From positions 33,842-97,841 of the forward strand of contig CAMYMI010000001.1 in the NCBI GenBank assembly GCA_947259415.1: DNA of 64,000 bases, read 5' to 3'. The stretch comes from an uncultured Ectothiorhodospiraceae bacterium. GTDB lineage: Bacteria > Pseudomonadota > Gammaproteobacteria > UBA9214. Shown one piece after another: positions 20,278 through 28,647 of the stretch. Each line of letters opens with the position of its first letter. Position 1 is the first letter of the stretch. A program made the translations under genes and the position numbers. Under the pieces are notes generated by a model, which searched no databases, had not been told where the DNA came from, and was given only the letters and a program-made list of their open reading frames with translations.

Positions 20278-21063
20278 TCAGCCTGTCCGCCAGTCATCCA
20301 GCGCCAGCACCGCCCGCGCATTGGCGCTGGTCTGCTGTGCCACCCGTTCAGCCGGCTCGCCGCGCACCCCGGCCAGTGCTGCCAGGCAGTCAGGCAGGTA
20401 CTCGGGGCTGTTGCGCTCACCCCGATGTTGCGCCACGACCAGGTCGGGTGCATCGGTCTCCAGCACCAGGGCCTCCAGCGGCAGCCCGCGCGCCAGGGTG
20501 CGCAGCCGGGTCGAGCGTTCGTAGGTCAGCATCCCGCCAAACCCCAGCTTGAAACCGAGATCGATGTAATGTTGCGCCTGCTGCAGACTGCCGTTGAAGG
20601 CATGGGCAATCCCCCCCGGCACCCCGACCCGCTTGAGGATGGCCAGTACCGGATCATGGGCCTTGCGCACATGCAGGATCACCGGCAGCCGGGCATCCCG
20701 CGCGATCACGAGCTGCGCCTCAAACAATGACTGCTGACGGTCACGATCGAGATCGGCGATAAAATAATCCAGCCCGATCTCGCCGACGGCAACCGGGCGC
20801 CGGCTGGCCACCAGCGCCTCGAGTGTCGCCAGGTCGGCCTCACGATGCTGCTCCAGGTAAACGGGATGTAAGCCGAAGGCGGGAAACAGGTCGGGTTCCG
20901 CTGCACACAGGTGCCACAGACCGTCCCAGCCCTTTGCCTCGATCCCCGGTACCACAATCCCAGCGACCCCGCCCCTGCGTGCCCGCGCCAGTACGGCTTG
21001 GCGGTCCACATCGAATTGCGCGACATCGAGGTGACAGTGGGTATCGATGATTTCCATGAACAT
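20278..21063 (-). CDS. tatD: TatD-family metal-dependent hydrolase (DNase)
   Basis: MFMEIIDTHCHLD.., ..GEIGLDY.., ..ILHVRKAHD.., ..LVLETDAPDL.. conserved TatD metal-binding motifs. Confidence 0.8.
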   Translation of the reverse strand: MFMEIIDTHCHLDVAQFDVDRQAVLARARRGGVAGIVVPGIEAKGWDGLWHLCAAEPDLFPAFGLHPVYLEQHREADLATLEALVASRRPVAVGEIGLDYFIADLDRDRQQSLFEAQLVIARDARLPVILHVRKAHDPVLAILKRVGVPGGIAHAFNGSLQQAQHYIDLGFKLGFGGMLTYERSTRLRTLARGLPLEALVLETDAPDLVVAQHRGERNSPEYLPDCLAALAGVRGEPAERVAQQTSANARAVLALDDWRTG

Positions 21064-21140
21064 GATTGTATGCCGGTGCCGCGATCAAACACAGTCGATT
21101 TCTGGTATGTTTGTTGTTTAGAACGCGTGTCAGTACCACC

Positions 21141-21947
21141 ATGAGTGCAAGCGGACAGGATCTTCCTATCATCCCCACAGACCCGGAACGCCGCTTCGGT
21201 GGTATCCGCCGCCTCTATGGGGCAGGTGCACTCGTCAGGTTCAGGCAGGCGCATGTCAGCGTAATCGGCATCGGCGGCGTCGGTTCCTGGGCAGCCGAGG
21301 CACTGGCACGCAGCGCCATCGGACGAATCACCCTCATTGATCTCGACCACGTCGCCGAGTCCAACATCAACCGCCAGCTACACGCCCTCACAGGGACCCT
21401 CGGCATGGCGAAGGTGCAGGTCATGGCCGAGCGTATCCGCGAGATCAACCCGGACTGCCAGGTGGCGGCGATCGAGGAATTCCTGTCGCAGGACAATCTT
21501 GATTCATTGCTTGGACGGGACTACGACTACGTGATTGACTGTATCGACGGCTTTCGCATCAAGGCGGCGCTGATTGCCTGGTGCCGGCGCCACAAGGTCC
21601 GCCTGATCACGGTCGGCGGTGCCGGCGGACAGACCGACCCGACGCGGATCAGGGTCGCCGACCTCAGCCGCACCGAACATGACGCCCTGTTCTCGAAGAC
21701 CCGCAAGCTGCTGCGCCAGGACTACGGGTTCCCCAGGAATCTGAAACGGCGTTTCGACATCCCCTGTGTGTATTCCGATGAGCAGCCGCTGTATCCCGCC
21801 GAAGACGGCAGTGTCTGTCATGACAAACCGCACGACCCGCGTGCAGGGCGCCTCAATTGTGCCGGTGGTATGGGCTCCGCCATGAGCGTCACCGCCTGCT
21901 TCGGCCTGGTGGCCGCGGCACATGTCCTGAAAAGACTGGCGGGGTAA
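21141..21947 (+). CDS. tcdA: tRNA threonylcarbamoyladenosine dehydratase (ThiF/MoeB-like E1)
   Basis: ..HVSVIGIGGVGSWAAEALARSAIGRITLIDLDHVAESNINRQ.. ; start at ATG 21141 (track ORF begins upstream). Confidence 0.8.
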   Translation: MSASGQDLPIIPTDPERRFGGIRRLYGAGALVRFRQAHVSVIGIGGVGSWAAEALARSAIGRITLIDLDHVAESNINRQLHALTGTLGMAKVQVMAERIREINPDCQVAAIEEFLSQDNLDSLLGRDYDYVIDCIDGFRIKAALIAWCRRHKVRLITVGGAGGQTDPTRIRVADLSRTEHDALFSKTRKLLRQDYGFPRNLKRRFDIPCVYSDEQPLYPAEDGSVCHDKPHDPRAGRLNCAGGMGSAMSVTACFGLVAAAHVLKRLAG

Positions 21948-22192
21948 GACCGCTTCCCTGCCAGGAGGGGAGCGCGCGGCATCGGGTTCTCGCGGATTCA
22001 GCACTCGGACATCAAACCCGAACAGGGCTGCCACAGTACCGCTGCTGTCTTTTATTTTGGGGACTGAGTCAGGCAGCCCGCCCCGGGCCAACAATTACTA
22101 ACTGCCGTAATCCTCTATAACTATCCGGCACCAACAGGACTGGAATTCGGGGGAGGCCGCGCCGAGGACGTCGGAAATCCAACTTCTAAGTG

Positions 22193-22639
22193 CTATGGCT
22201 GGGTCGCGGTAATCACACTGCAGACAACCCGCCTGTCGTGTCGCGGACCATCGAACTCACAGAAGAAGATGTTCTGCCATCTGGAAAGGCCCAGCTGACC
22301 ATCGATCAGGGGGACAGTCTCCGATGGGCCCACCAGCCCGGCCTTGAGATGCGCGTCACCGTTGCCGTCCTGGGCATCATGCAGCCACACGCCCCGGGGG
22401 ATCAGCTTGCGCAGCAGATTGACTACGTCCGTCTGCACGCTCTCATCCCAGTTCTCCTGGATCATGATCGCAGCCGTGGCACCCTGGGCATAGATGGAGA
22501 CGATCCCCTCGCGCACCCCGCTGCGCTCGACTACGGCCCTGACCTGCCCGGTGATATCGACGAGGGTCTCGCGGGTATCGGTTGCCAGTGTGATGATCTC
22601 GCCCATCAGGAACTGAACGCTCCCGGAGAAGTCAGCCAT
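22193..22639 (-). CDS. yjbQ: YjbQ/UPF0047 family protein (secondary thiamine-phosphate synthase-like)
   Basis: 148 aa; ..GEIITLATDTRETLVDITGQV..GATAAIMIQENWD.. aligns with E. coli YjbQ. Confidence 0.7.
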   Translation of the reverse strand: MADFSGSVQFLMGEIITLATDTRETLVDITGQVRAVVERSGVREGIVSIYAQGATAAIMIQENWDESVQTDVVNLLRKLIPRGVWLHDAQDGNGDAHLKAGLVGPSETVPLIDGQLGLSRWQNIFFCEFDGPRHDRRVVCSVITATQP

Positions 22640-22894
22640 TCGGTTTCATCGGGTCTATTGGTACGCCCCGGGATGGTATTGCGGTTGGGGAAACACCCGG
22701 ATAGCCGGACAATTTCCCGGCGCTGCCGGGCCCGTTCGAGGATTTCCTCCAGACCGGCGCGCTCGCATATAAACACGTTGAGGACCTGCCTGCCCTGACT
22801 ATCGACGACGACCCGATTCACGGGTCGTCACAACACAACCACTGCCCGAATATCAGAGTCACGCCGAAACCGGGCGGCGTCAGTCGATGGATGG

Positions 22895-23263
22895 TTACTG
22901 GACGCTGCCGAAGCCGCAGTCCTTGCTGCCGGCCGGTGGTTCGATGCCGGCCAAGCGACAGCCCTGGGATACTGGCCCGCCCGGGAACAGGGTGTATAAA
23001 TACTTCAGACCACCCTTGGAATGGAATTTTTCATCCAGGGCGTCACACAACTCACGTGCGTTGATGCCAGGACTGTCATGACGCGCAAAATACTCCTGCA
23101 GTGCACGAACTGCATCCCAGTGATCAGTACCCAGTTCCAGGCCCTCTGCGGTGGCTGTCGTTTCGGCATTCTGGCGTGTCCAGTCCTCTGGGGCATTGGG
23201 AAATTCCGAACTGCCAGCACTACCACCACGCGGGTGCATGATATTGTTCATTGATTGGGTCAC
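22895..23263 (-). CDS. TusE/DsrC/DsvC-family sulfur-relay protein with extended C-terminus
   Basis: ..HWDAVRALQEYFARHDSPGINARELCDALDEKFHSKGGLKYLYTLFPGGPVSQGCRLAGIEPPAGSKDCGFGSVQ ; aligns to TusE/DsrC through ..YLYxLFPxGPxxQ..AG.. and carries two Cys in the C-terminal arm. Confidence 0.6.
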   Translation of the reverse strand: MTQSMNNIMHPRGGSAGSSEFPNAPEDWTRQNAETTATAEGLELGTDHWDAVRALQEYFARHDSPGINARELCDALDEKFHSKGGLKYLYTLFPGGPVSQGCRLAGIEPPAGSKDCGFGSVQ

Positions 23264-23405
23264 GTTTTTGCTCCTCTATACACTGTTTGATATTTATTGC
23301 TTGTTCTCGGTATTGACTTTAGCCCGCCTTAGCCCGTCTATCAAGTCAGCCACACAGTCCCTGCCGGGCCATGACGTTACACAGGCGCGTGCGCGACCGG
23401 CCCAA

Positions 23406-23867
23406 TCAGATCAGCAGGAAGCGCCCGCCCGAGGCGATGGCGGTGGTGACCAGGCCCAGCACGAGGTTGATACCGATCAGCATGCGGATCTGCCCCAGGG
23501 CCTTCCCGCCGGATTGCCAGTCTTCCGCGGCAATCGCACGCTGCAGGCGCTTGTAAGCGGCAAAAAACACGTGAAAGAAGATCAGCATCATGGTTATCCC
23601 GATGCCCAGCATCAGGTCAATATGCAGGCCGGCTGGCCCGAACCCGCCAAACACGGCAAGTACCATCCACAGGCCGGTGGCCAGAATTAACACCACGGCC
23701 GCCCACACCCATGGAAAAAACCGTGCAAACACCCCGGCCCACAGACGCAGGCGCTGCGCTGGCTCCAGCTGGCTGGCTGCCACCGGGCGCAGGGCCATGT
23801 AGGCAAAAAACATCCCGCCCACCCAGACTACAACTGACACTACGTGAAGCAGCATTGCAATTCCCAT
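23406..23867 (-). CDS. 4-TM membrane protein, CopD/HemJ-like (family uncertain)
   Basis: 153 aa; N-terminal ..LLHVVSVVVWVGGMFFAYMALRP.. resembles the His-containing first helix of HemJ/CopD-type proteins. Confidence 0.35.
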   Translation of the reverse strand: MGIAMLLHVVSVVVWVGGMFFAYMALRPVAASQLEPAQRLRLWAGVFARFFPWVWAAVVLILATGLWMVLAVFGGFGPAGLHIDLMLGIGITMMLIFFHVFFAAYKRLQRAIAAEDWQSGGKALGQIRMLIGINLVLGLVTTAIASGGRFLLI

Positions 23868-24032
23868 CGTGATTCCTCTTGATATGCTGATTGGATAATT
23901 CAGCGGATTTTCTCACAGACCTGTGACGATTGCTGCGCCCTGCCGGTAACACCAGCAATTATATTCTGCGATACCGTCAAGGCATGTACAATGAACCACA
24001 ATATGTCTCTCTCAGCATAAAGGATAGAAACC

Positions 24033-24563
24033 ATGTCACAGGATGCCGATGCCAACGTCGTCATCAATCAGTCCGTAGCCATCCTGGTCGACGGCAATAA
24101 CATCGAGCGCAGCATTCATGCGGAAACCAATAAGCCAAACACCATGCTGAACTTTGATACCCTGGTACCAAGGTTACTTGGCAATCGTGGTCTCAATCGC
24201 CTGGTGTACTTTCGTGAGGGCCGGCAGATCTCGTCAAAGCTGAAGGAACGCCTGCACAGCAACTACCATGGTTCGGTCCGCCCCTGCCATAAAAGCGCCG
24301 ATATTCCCCTATCCATCAAGGCGACCCAGCTTGCCAGCAAGGTCGACACCATCATCATTATGTCGGGTGATTCCGACTACGTGGAACTGGTCAGCCACCT
24401 GAAATCAGAGGGCGTGCGCGTCGAAATCGCGGCAGTTCCCGCCACCACCTCAAAACTGCTGATTGACGAGGCCGATTATTTCCACGAAATCACCCGGGAG
24501 GACTGGTTCACCCTGGAATCGAAAAAGAGTACCCAGAAAAAATCCACCCGAAAGCGTAAATAG
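24033..24563 (+). CDS. NYN-domain (LabA-like PIN-fold) protein
   Basis: ..AILVDGNNI.., ..IIIMSGDSDYVELVSHL.. acidic-residue pattern of NYN/LabA; lysine-rich tail. Confidence 0.6.
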   Translation: MSQDADANVVINQSVAILVDGNNIERSIHAETNKPNTMLNFDTLVPRLLGNRGLNRLVYFREGRQISSKLKERLHSNYHGSVRPCHKSADIPLSIKATQLASKVDTIIIMSGDSDYVELVSHLKSEGVRVEIAAVPATTSKLLIDEADYFHEITREDWFTLESKKSTQKKSTRKRK

Positions 24564-24572
24564 GTCGACAAC

Positions 24573-25427
24573 CTATTCCCGCGCCAACCGCGCCTTGACC
24601 CGCGCGATCTCCATGCGTTCCATGTCGACCACAGCCGGGATCAGCGGATAGATAGCGTCCAGGACAGAGTACTGCTCAACCGCGAGCACCTCGAGCCGGT
24701 CACGCAGTTCCCGGGTGAGGTAAGGCAGGGTCAGCAGGTAGGGCGCCATGAAAGCAGTGTAATCATCGAACAGCGCCTGCTGTGCAGCCACCGGCCAGTT
24801 CGCCCGCCACGGGAGTTCCGGCAGCGCGGCAGAGTCCGCATCCGGAGTACGTGCAAACCACTGCGGCCGGCCGGACATGCCGGCCCGATTGACCAGTTGC
24901 TCCAGTGCCTGGCCAGGTATCAGGCCGTGTTCTGCCGGGTAGGTCGAGACCGAATGAAAACCCTCGGCCATGGCCGGCAGGCTGCGCCAGTCCGCGCCAC
25001 CGGCCTGTGTGCGGTCCTCGTCCGGCAAGGCAGTATCGATCAGCGCCAGCGGCACTCTGGCCGCATCGCACAACCATGCCTCGTAGGCATCCTGCAGGGT
25101 AAACGGCAATTCGGGCCGCAGTGCCAGCGCATCCAGCAGCCCCGGCAAGGCAGGGTGCTGTGACGGATCGCCCACTAGTGGGTTCACCGGTACCCGCTCA
25201 ATTGCATCCGCTGATTCACAACTCCCGTAGACAAACCAGCGACGCCTGACCTCGCGCGGCCCGATATTTCCCCAGACCTGCTCCGCCAAGGCCTCCTGGC
25301 TGAACAACTGCAACTGCCAACGGCGCCCGTCCACAGAGATCGCGCGCGCTTCCTCCAGCTCGATCACCTGTACCACGCCAAGAAACGGCGAAATCCGGCG
25401 GCGGCCGTAGTAACGCGTCACCGGCAT
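24573..25427 (-). CDS. Hypothetical protein (284 aa)
   Basis: Well-formed ORF with GC3-biased codon usage; no family recognised; immediately downstream of the 58-aa acidic ORF. Confidence 0.4.
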   Translation of the reverse strand: MPVTRYYGRRRISPFLGVVQVIELEEARAISVDGRRWQLQLFSQEALAEQVWGNIGPREVRRRWFVYGSCESADAIERVPVNPLVGDPSQHPALPGLLDALALRPELPFTLQDAYEAWLCDAARVPLALIDTALPDEDRTQAGGADWRSLPAMAEGFHSVSTYPAEHGLIPGQALEQLVNRAGMSGRPQWFARTPDADSAALPELPWRANWPVAAQQALFDDYTAFMAPYLLTLPYLTRELRDRLEVLAVEQYSVLDAIYPLIPAVVDMERMEIARVKARLARE

Positions 25428-25431
25428 GCAG

Positions 25432-25608
25432 TCAGTCCTGCGAGCGCAGACGCTCCTCGAGCAGTGACATCAGCCGTGAACAGGCATCCTGCTGTTCCTC
25501 GTCCAGCGCCTCGAAGAGAAACTCCAGCTCGTCCAGGATGCGCATGATCTCCTCGCGCGACTGGTAATTGTCGATCTGCCGGGAAACTTCAACAATAAAC
25601 GGGTCCAT
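25432..25608 (-). CDS. Small acidic hypothetical protein (58 aa)
   Basis: MDPFIVEVSRQIDNYQSREEIMRILDELEFLFEALDEEQQDACSRLMSLLEERLRSQD; 4-nt spacing to the downstream 284-aa gene suggests an operon. Confidence 0.3.
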   Translation of the reverse strand: MDPFIVEVSRQIDNYQSREEIMRILDELEFLFEALDEEQQDACSRLMSLLEERLRSQD

Positions 25609-25862
25609 GGTGTCCCCCCGGGATAGGCACAGGCCACTGATAACAGTGACACGCCGGTTTGAAATCAACTCCCTGCTTGCCAGATTCAGGGTTACAACCG
25701 ATGCTAAGTGATCTATCCGAACGAATCCAGCACGCCCCATGAACAATACCGAACAAGCTATGGTCGAGGCCTGCATCAACTGGCACACCCGGAAGGCGAT
25801 AATTACGCAGGACAGCGCGCCTGGGCCGATACCGTGTTCCCCGTCCATGGACGGGCGACAGG

Positions 25863-26228
25863 TTAATCCTGCTCGGCCAAACCGGCCAGCAGTTCCACAA
25901 TCCCGGCCGACGCTCCCAGGTAGGAGGCCAGCGTGATGTTTACGTCCGGGTACTCGGCCCTCACCACGTCCACCACATCCGGGATATCCGTTACCACGTG
26001 CCTGCCGGCTGACAGGAAATACGGTACTACAACGACCGCCCTGGCCCCGGCATGAATGGCCTGGCGCAGGCCGTCCGGTATCGATGGCTCCGCCAACTCG
26101 AGAAAGGCGCAGTCCACACGGCCGTAGGTGCCGTTCGTGTGTGCCTCCAGGCGGTAGGCGAGCTCACGAACTTCGTCGTTCGAGGCCATGCGCCGGCTGC
26201 CATGTGCCACCAGCAACAGACTTTTCAT
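25863..26228 (-). CDS. cbiX: Sirohydrochlorin chelatase, small CbiX-type
   Basis: MKSLLLVAHGSR..; 121 aa, CbiXS signature. Confidence 0.65.
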   Translation of the reverse strand: MKSLLLVAHGSRRMASNDEVRELAYRLEAHTNGTYGRVDCAFLELAEPSIPDGLRQAIHAGARAVVVVPYFLSAGRHVVTDIPDVVDVVRAEYPDVNITLASYLGASAGIVELLAGLAEQD

Positions 26229-26568
26229 GAGCCGAGTCTACTCTTTTTTTAAACCGTTTAACCAGTCAGCTGCACCCTTTTTGTGCAATCATTGATACAC
26301 GATCAGCGTCAAGTTCCCGCGCTGATAATTCAGTCTTTTCTTATACTTTAATCTTGCCATATAAACAGTGCTGCCGGATGTGCGATCACCCGCGTTGCGG
26401 CAGAGAACGTCATCCAGAAAGAGTATTGTTGTTTCCTGCCATTCTGGTTAGAATTCGACTGGTTGCACATTTCAGGTTATTTCGGAGTTCCAAGTTGTAT
26501 CTGCTGTAAATTGCCTTTGATGATTTGCAATTGAACATTTTTCTTTTTTATTAGTAGAGGTAATTTAC

Positions 26569-26772
26569 ATGGCTACAGGTACCGTCAAGTGGTTTAACGA
26601 GTCCAAGGGATTTGGTTTTATAGCGCCTTCCGATGGCGGAGAAGACGTCTTCGTGCATTTCTCAGCAATTGAAGGCGATGGCTTCAAGACCCTGGTAGAG
26701 GGTCAGACGGTCAACTTCGAAGTCCAGAAGGGACCCAAGGGACTGCAGGCCGCTCACGTAACACCGGCCTAG
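26569..26772 (+). CDS. Cold-shock protein (CspA family)
   Basis: [29 protein letters not shown].. RNP1/RNP2 motifs; long AT-rich 5' leader. Confidence 0.9.
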   Translation: MATGTVKWFNESKGFGFIAPSDGGEDVFVHFSAIEGDGFKTLVEGQTVNFEVQKGPKGLQAAHVTPA

Positions 26773-26803
26773 TTTCACCCATTTGTAACACGCAACACCA
26801 GAA

Positions 26804-26831
26804 CCCCGCAGCTTGCTGCGGGGTTTTTTTC
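26804..26831 (+). terminator. Rho-independent terminator of the csp gene (CCCCGCAGC-TTGC-TGCGGGG-TTTTTTT)
   Basis: Perfect GC-rich hairpin plus T7, read directly. Confidence 0.8.
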
Positions 26832-26875
26832 CGCCACCATAGAGCCCTCCGGACAGACTATTCATTACGCTTTCC

Positions 26876-28321
26876 TCACATTCGCGGGAGATCACTGGTA
26901 TCGGAAAGCCAGGCATCAACCGCGCGTGCGCACTGACGGCCTTCACGTATAGCCCATACAACAAGCGACTGCCCACGCCGGACATCACCGCAGGCGAATA
27001 CTCCGGGCACACTCGTCTGGAAGTCATCATCGGTTGCAGCCGCATTACCCCGTTCATCGAAATCAAGATCCAGCTGACCGAGGAGGCCGTCATGTACCGG
27101 GTGCGCGTAACCCATCGCCAGCAGCACGAGCTGCACCGGCAGGTGCCGGACCTGCCCGGGCGCGGCCTGCTTGTGCCAGGTACCGTCTGAACCCCGCACC
27201 CACTGCAGATGCTGCAGGACCAGCCCGGCGACATGGCCGTGATGACACTCAAAGGCCACGGTGTCAAATCCCCAGATGTGCTGACAGCCCTCCAGCTCAT
27301 GGTCACCCTCACGCCATGCCGGCACAGGCTCCGGCCAGTGCCTGAGGATATTAGCTTTTGCGGGTGGGCGTTCGTGGTACTGGACCTGCACCACCCGCCG
27401 CGCCCCCTGCCGAATCGCAGTACCCACACAGTCACACCCGGTATCACCGCCACCGATGACCACCACGTCCTTGCCGTGGGCATCGATGGCATTTTCAGGA
27501 TGAATGCGATCACCGGCCACTCGCCGGTTCTGCTGGGCCAGGTAATCCAGCGCAAAGTGGATACCCCGTAGTTCACGTCCCGGCACCGTGAGATCACGCG
27601 GTTGTTCCGAGCCGCAGGCCAGCACCAGGGCGTCCCCCGTACGCCGCAATTCGTCAATATTCAGGTTCACACCGGCGTGAACACCGCGTCGGAACAGCAC
27701 ACCCTCGGCCTCGAGCTGTGCGAGCCGGCGATCCAGCACACTCTTCTCCAGGCGAAAGTCCGGGATACCGTAACGCAGCAGGCCGCCGATGCGGTCGGCC
27801 TTCTCGTAAACCGTGACGCCGTAACCGGCGCGCGCCAGTTGCTGGGCACAGGCCAGGCCGGCAGGTCCTGAACCGATAATCGCGACCCATTGGGGCAGGC
27901 GCCGGATGCCGCGCTGCGGCCTGACCCAGTTCTCCTCCCAGGCACGCTCGACCACCGCCAGTTCAATTGACCGGATAGTGACTGCTGCACTGCCGATACT
28001 CAGCGTGCAGGCCGATTCGCAGGGCGCCGCGCAGATGCGTCCGGTGAACTCGGGGAAGTTATTGGTTGAGTCAAGCTGCTCGAAGGCGCGGCGCCAGTCA
28101 GTGTTGGTGACCAGCGCATTCCACTCGGGAATCAAGTTATGAACAGGGCAATAACTATGACAATAGGGGGTTCCACAATCCATGCAGCGGTTGGCCTGCC
28201 GGGTCGCTTGCCCGTCCGGCATAACCTGCTCGTATTCCCGCCAGTGCCGGATGCGTTGTTTCGGATATTGTTTTACGGCCTCTGTACGCGGGTAATGTAA
28301 AAATCCAAGAAGATCTTCCAT
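26876..28321 (-). CDS. Glutamate-synthase small-subunit-like NAD(P)H-dependent oxidoreductase (GltD/AegA-type), no adjacent large subunit
   Basis: N-terminal Fe-S Cys cluster (..CMDCGTPYCHSYCPVHNLIPEWN..), ..AIIGSGPAGLACAQQLARAGYGVTVYEK.. FAD motif, and a second nucleotide fold. Confidence 0.75.
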   Translation of the reverse strand: MEDLLGFLHYPRTEAVKQYPKQRIRHWREYEQVMPDGQATRQANRCMDCGTPYCHSYCPVHNLIPEWNALVTNTDWRRAFEQLDSTNNFPEFTGRICAAPCESACTLSIGSAAVTIRSIELAVVERAWEENWVRPQRGIRRLPQWVAIIGSGPAGLACAQQLARAGYGVTVYEKADRIGGLLRYGIPDFRLEKSVLDRRLAQLEAEGVLFRRGVHAGVNLNIDELRRTGDALVLACGSEQPRDLTVPGRELRGIHFALDYLAQQNRRVAGDRIHPENAIDAHGKDVVVIGGGDTGCDCVGTAIRQGARRVVQVQYHERPPAKANILRHWPEPVPAWREGDHELEGCQHIWGFDTVAFECHHGHVAGLVLQHLQWVRGSDGTWHKQAAPGQVRHLPVQLVLLAMGYAHPVHDGLLGQLDLDFDERGNAAATDDDFQTSVPGVFACGDVRRGQSLVVWAIREGRQCARAVDAWLSDTSDLPRM

Positions 28322-28491
28322 CGGTGATCAGGCGCTGTCACTGTTTCCATAAGTCTAGTTCAGACCCGCTGCAAGTTAAGACAATTTAATGTAAATGACT
28401 GATATATAATGCATATTATCTTCGAGCAGGCCTCCCCCGGTCAGCGGTGCTCAGCCCGATGCTGTGCAATAGGGCCCTGACAGGTGATTCA

Positions 28492-28647
28492 TTAACGCTG
28501 TTTGAATGTCGGATCAGTCTCCGCCATGTGGTGCACAATCTTGAAGAGGACGTAATTGAGCCCCTTCAGCTTCCTGCTTGCCTCGGCCATCTCGGCCTCT
28601 ATCTTTTCAACCTGTTGCGGCGTTGCCTCATGCGGACTCGTCAGCAT
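28492..28647 (-). CDS. Small hypothetical protein (51 aa from second Met)
   Basis: MLTSPHEATPQQVEKIEAEMAEASRKLKGLNYVLFKIVHHMAETDPTFKQR; overlaps antiporter 3' end by ~20 nt; weak. Confidence 0.25.
   Translation of the reverse strand: MLTSPHEATPQQVEKIEAEMAEASRKLKGLNYVLFKIVHHMAETDPTFKQR

Noticed and set aside
22606-22821. 71-aa ORF overlapping the 5' end of yjbQ
   Set aside because: No recognisable family. It overlaps the yjbQ start by 34 nt. It is probably the yjbQ promoter/leader region translated by chance.
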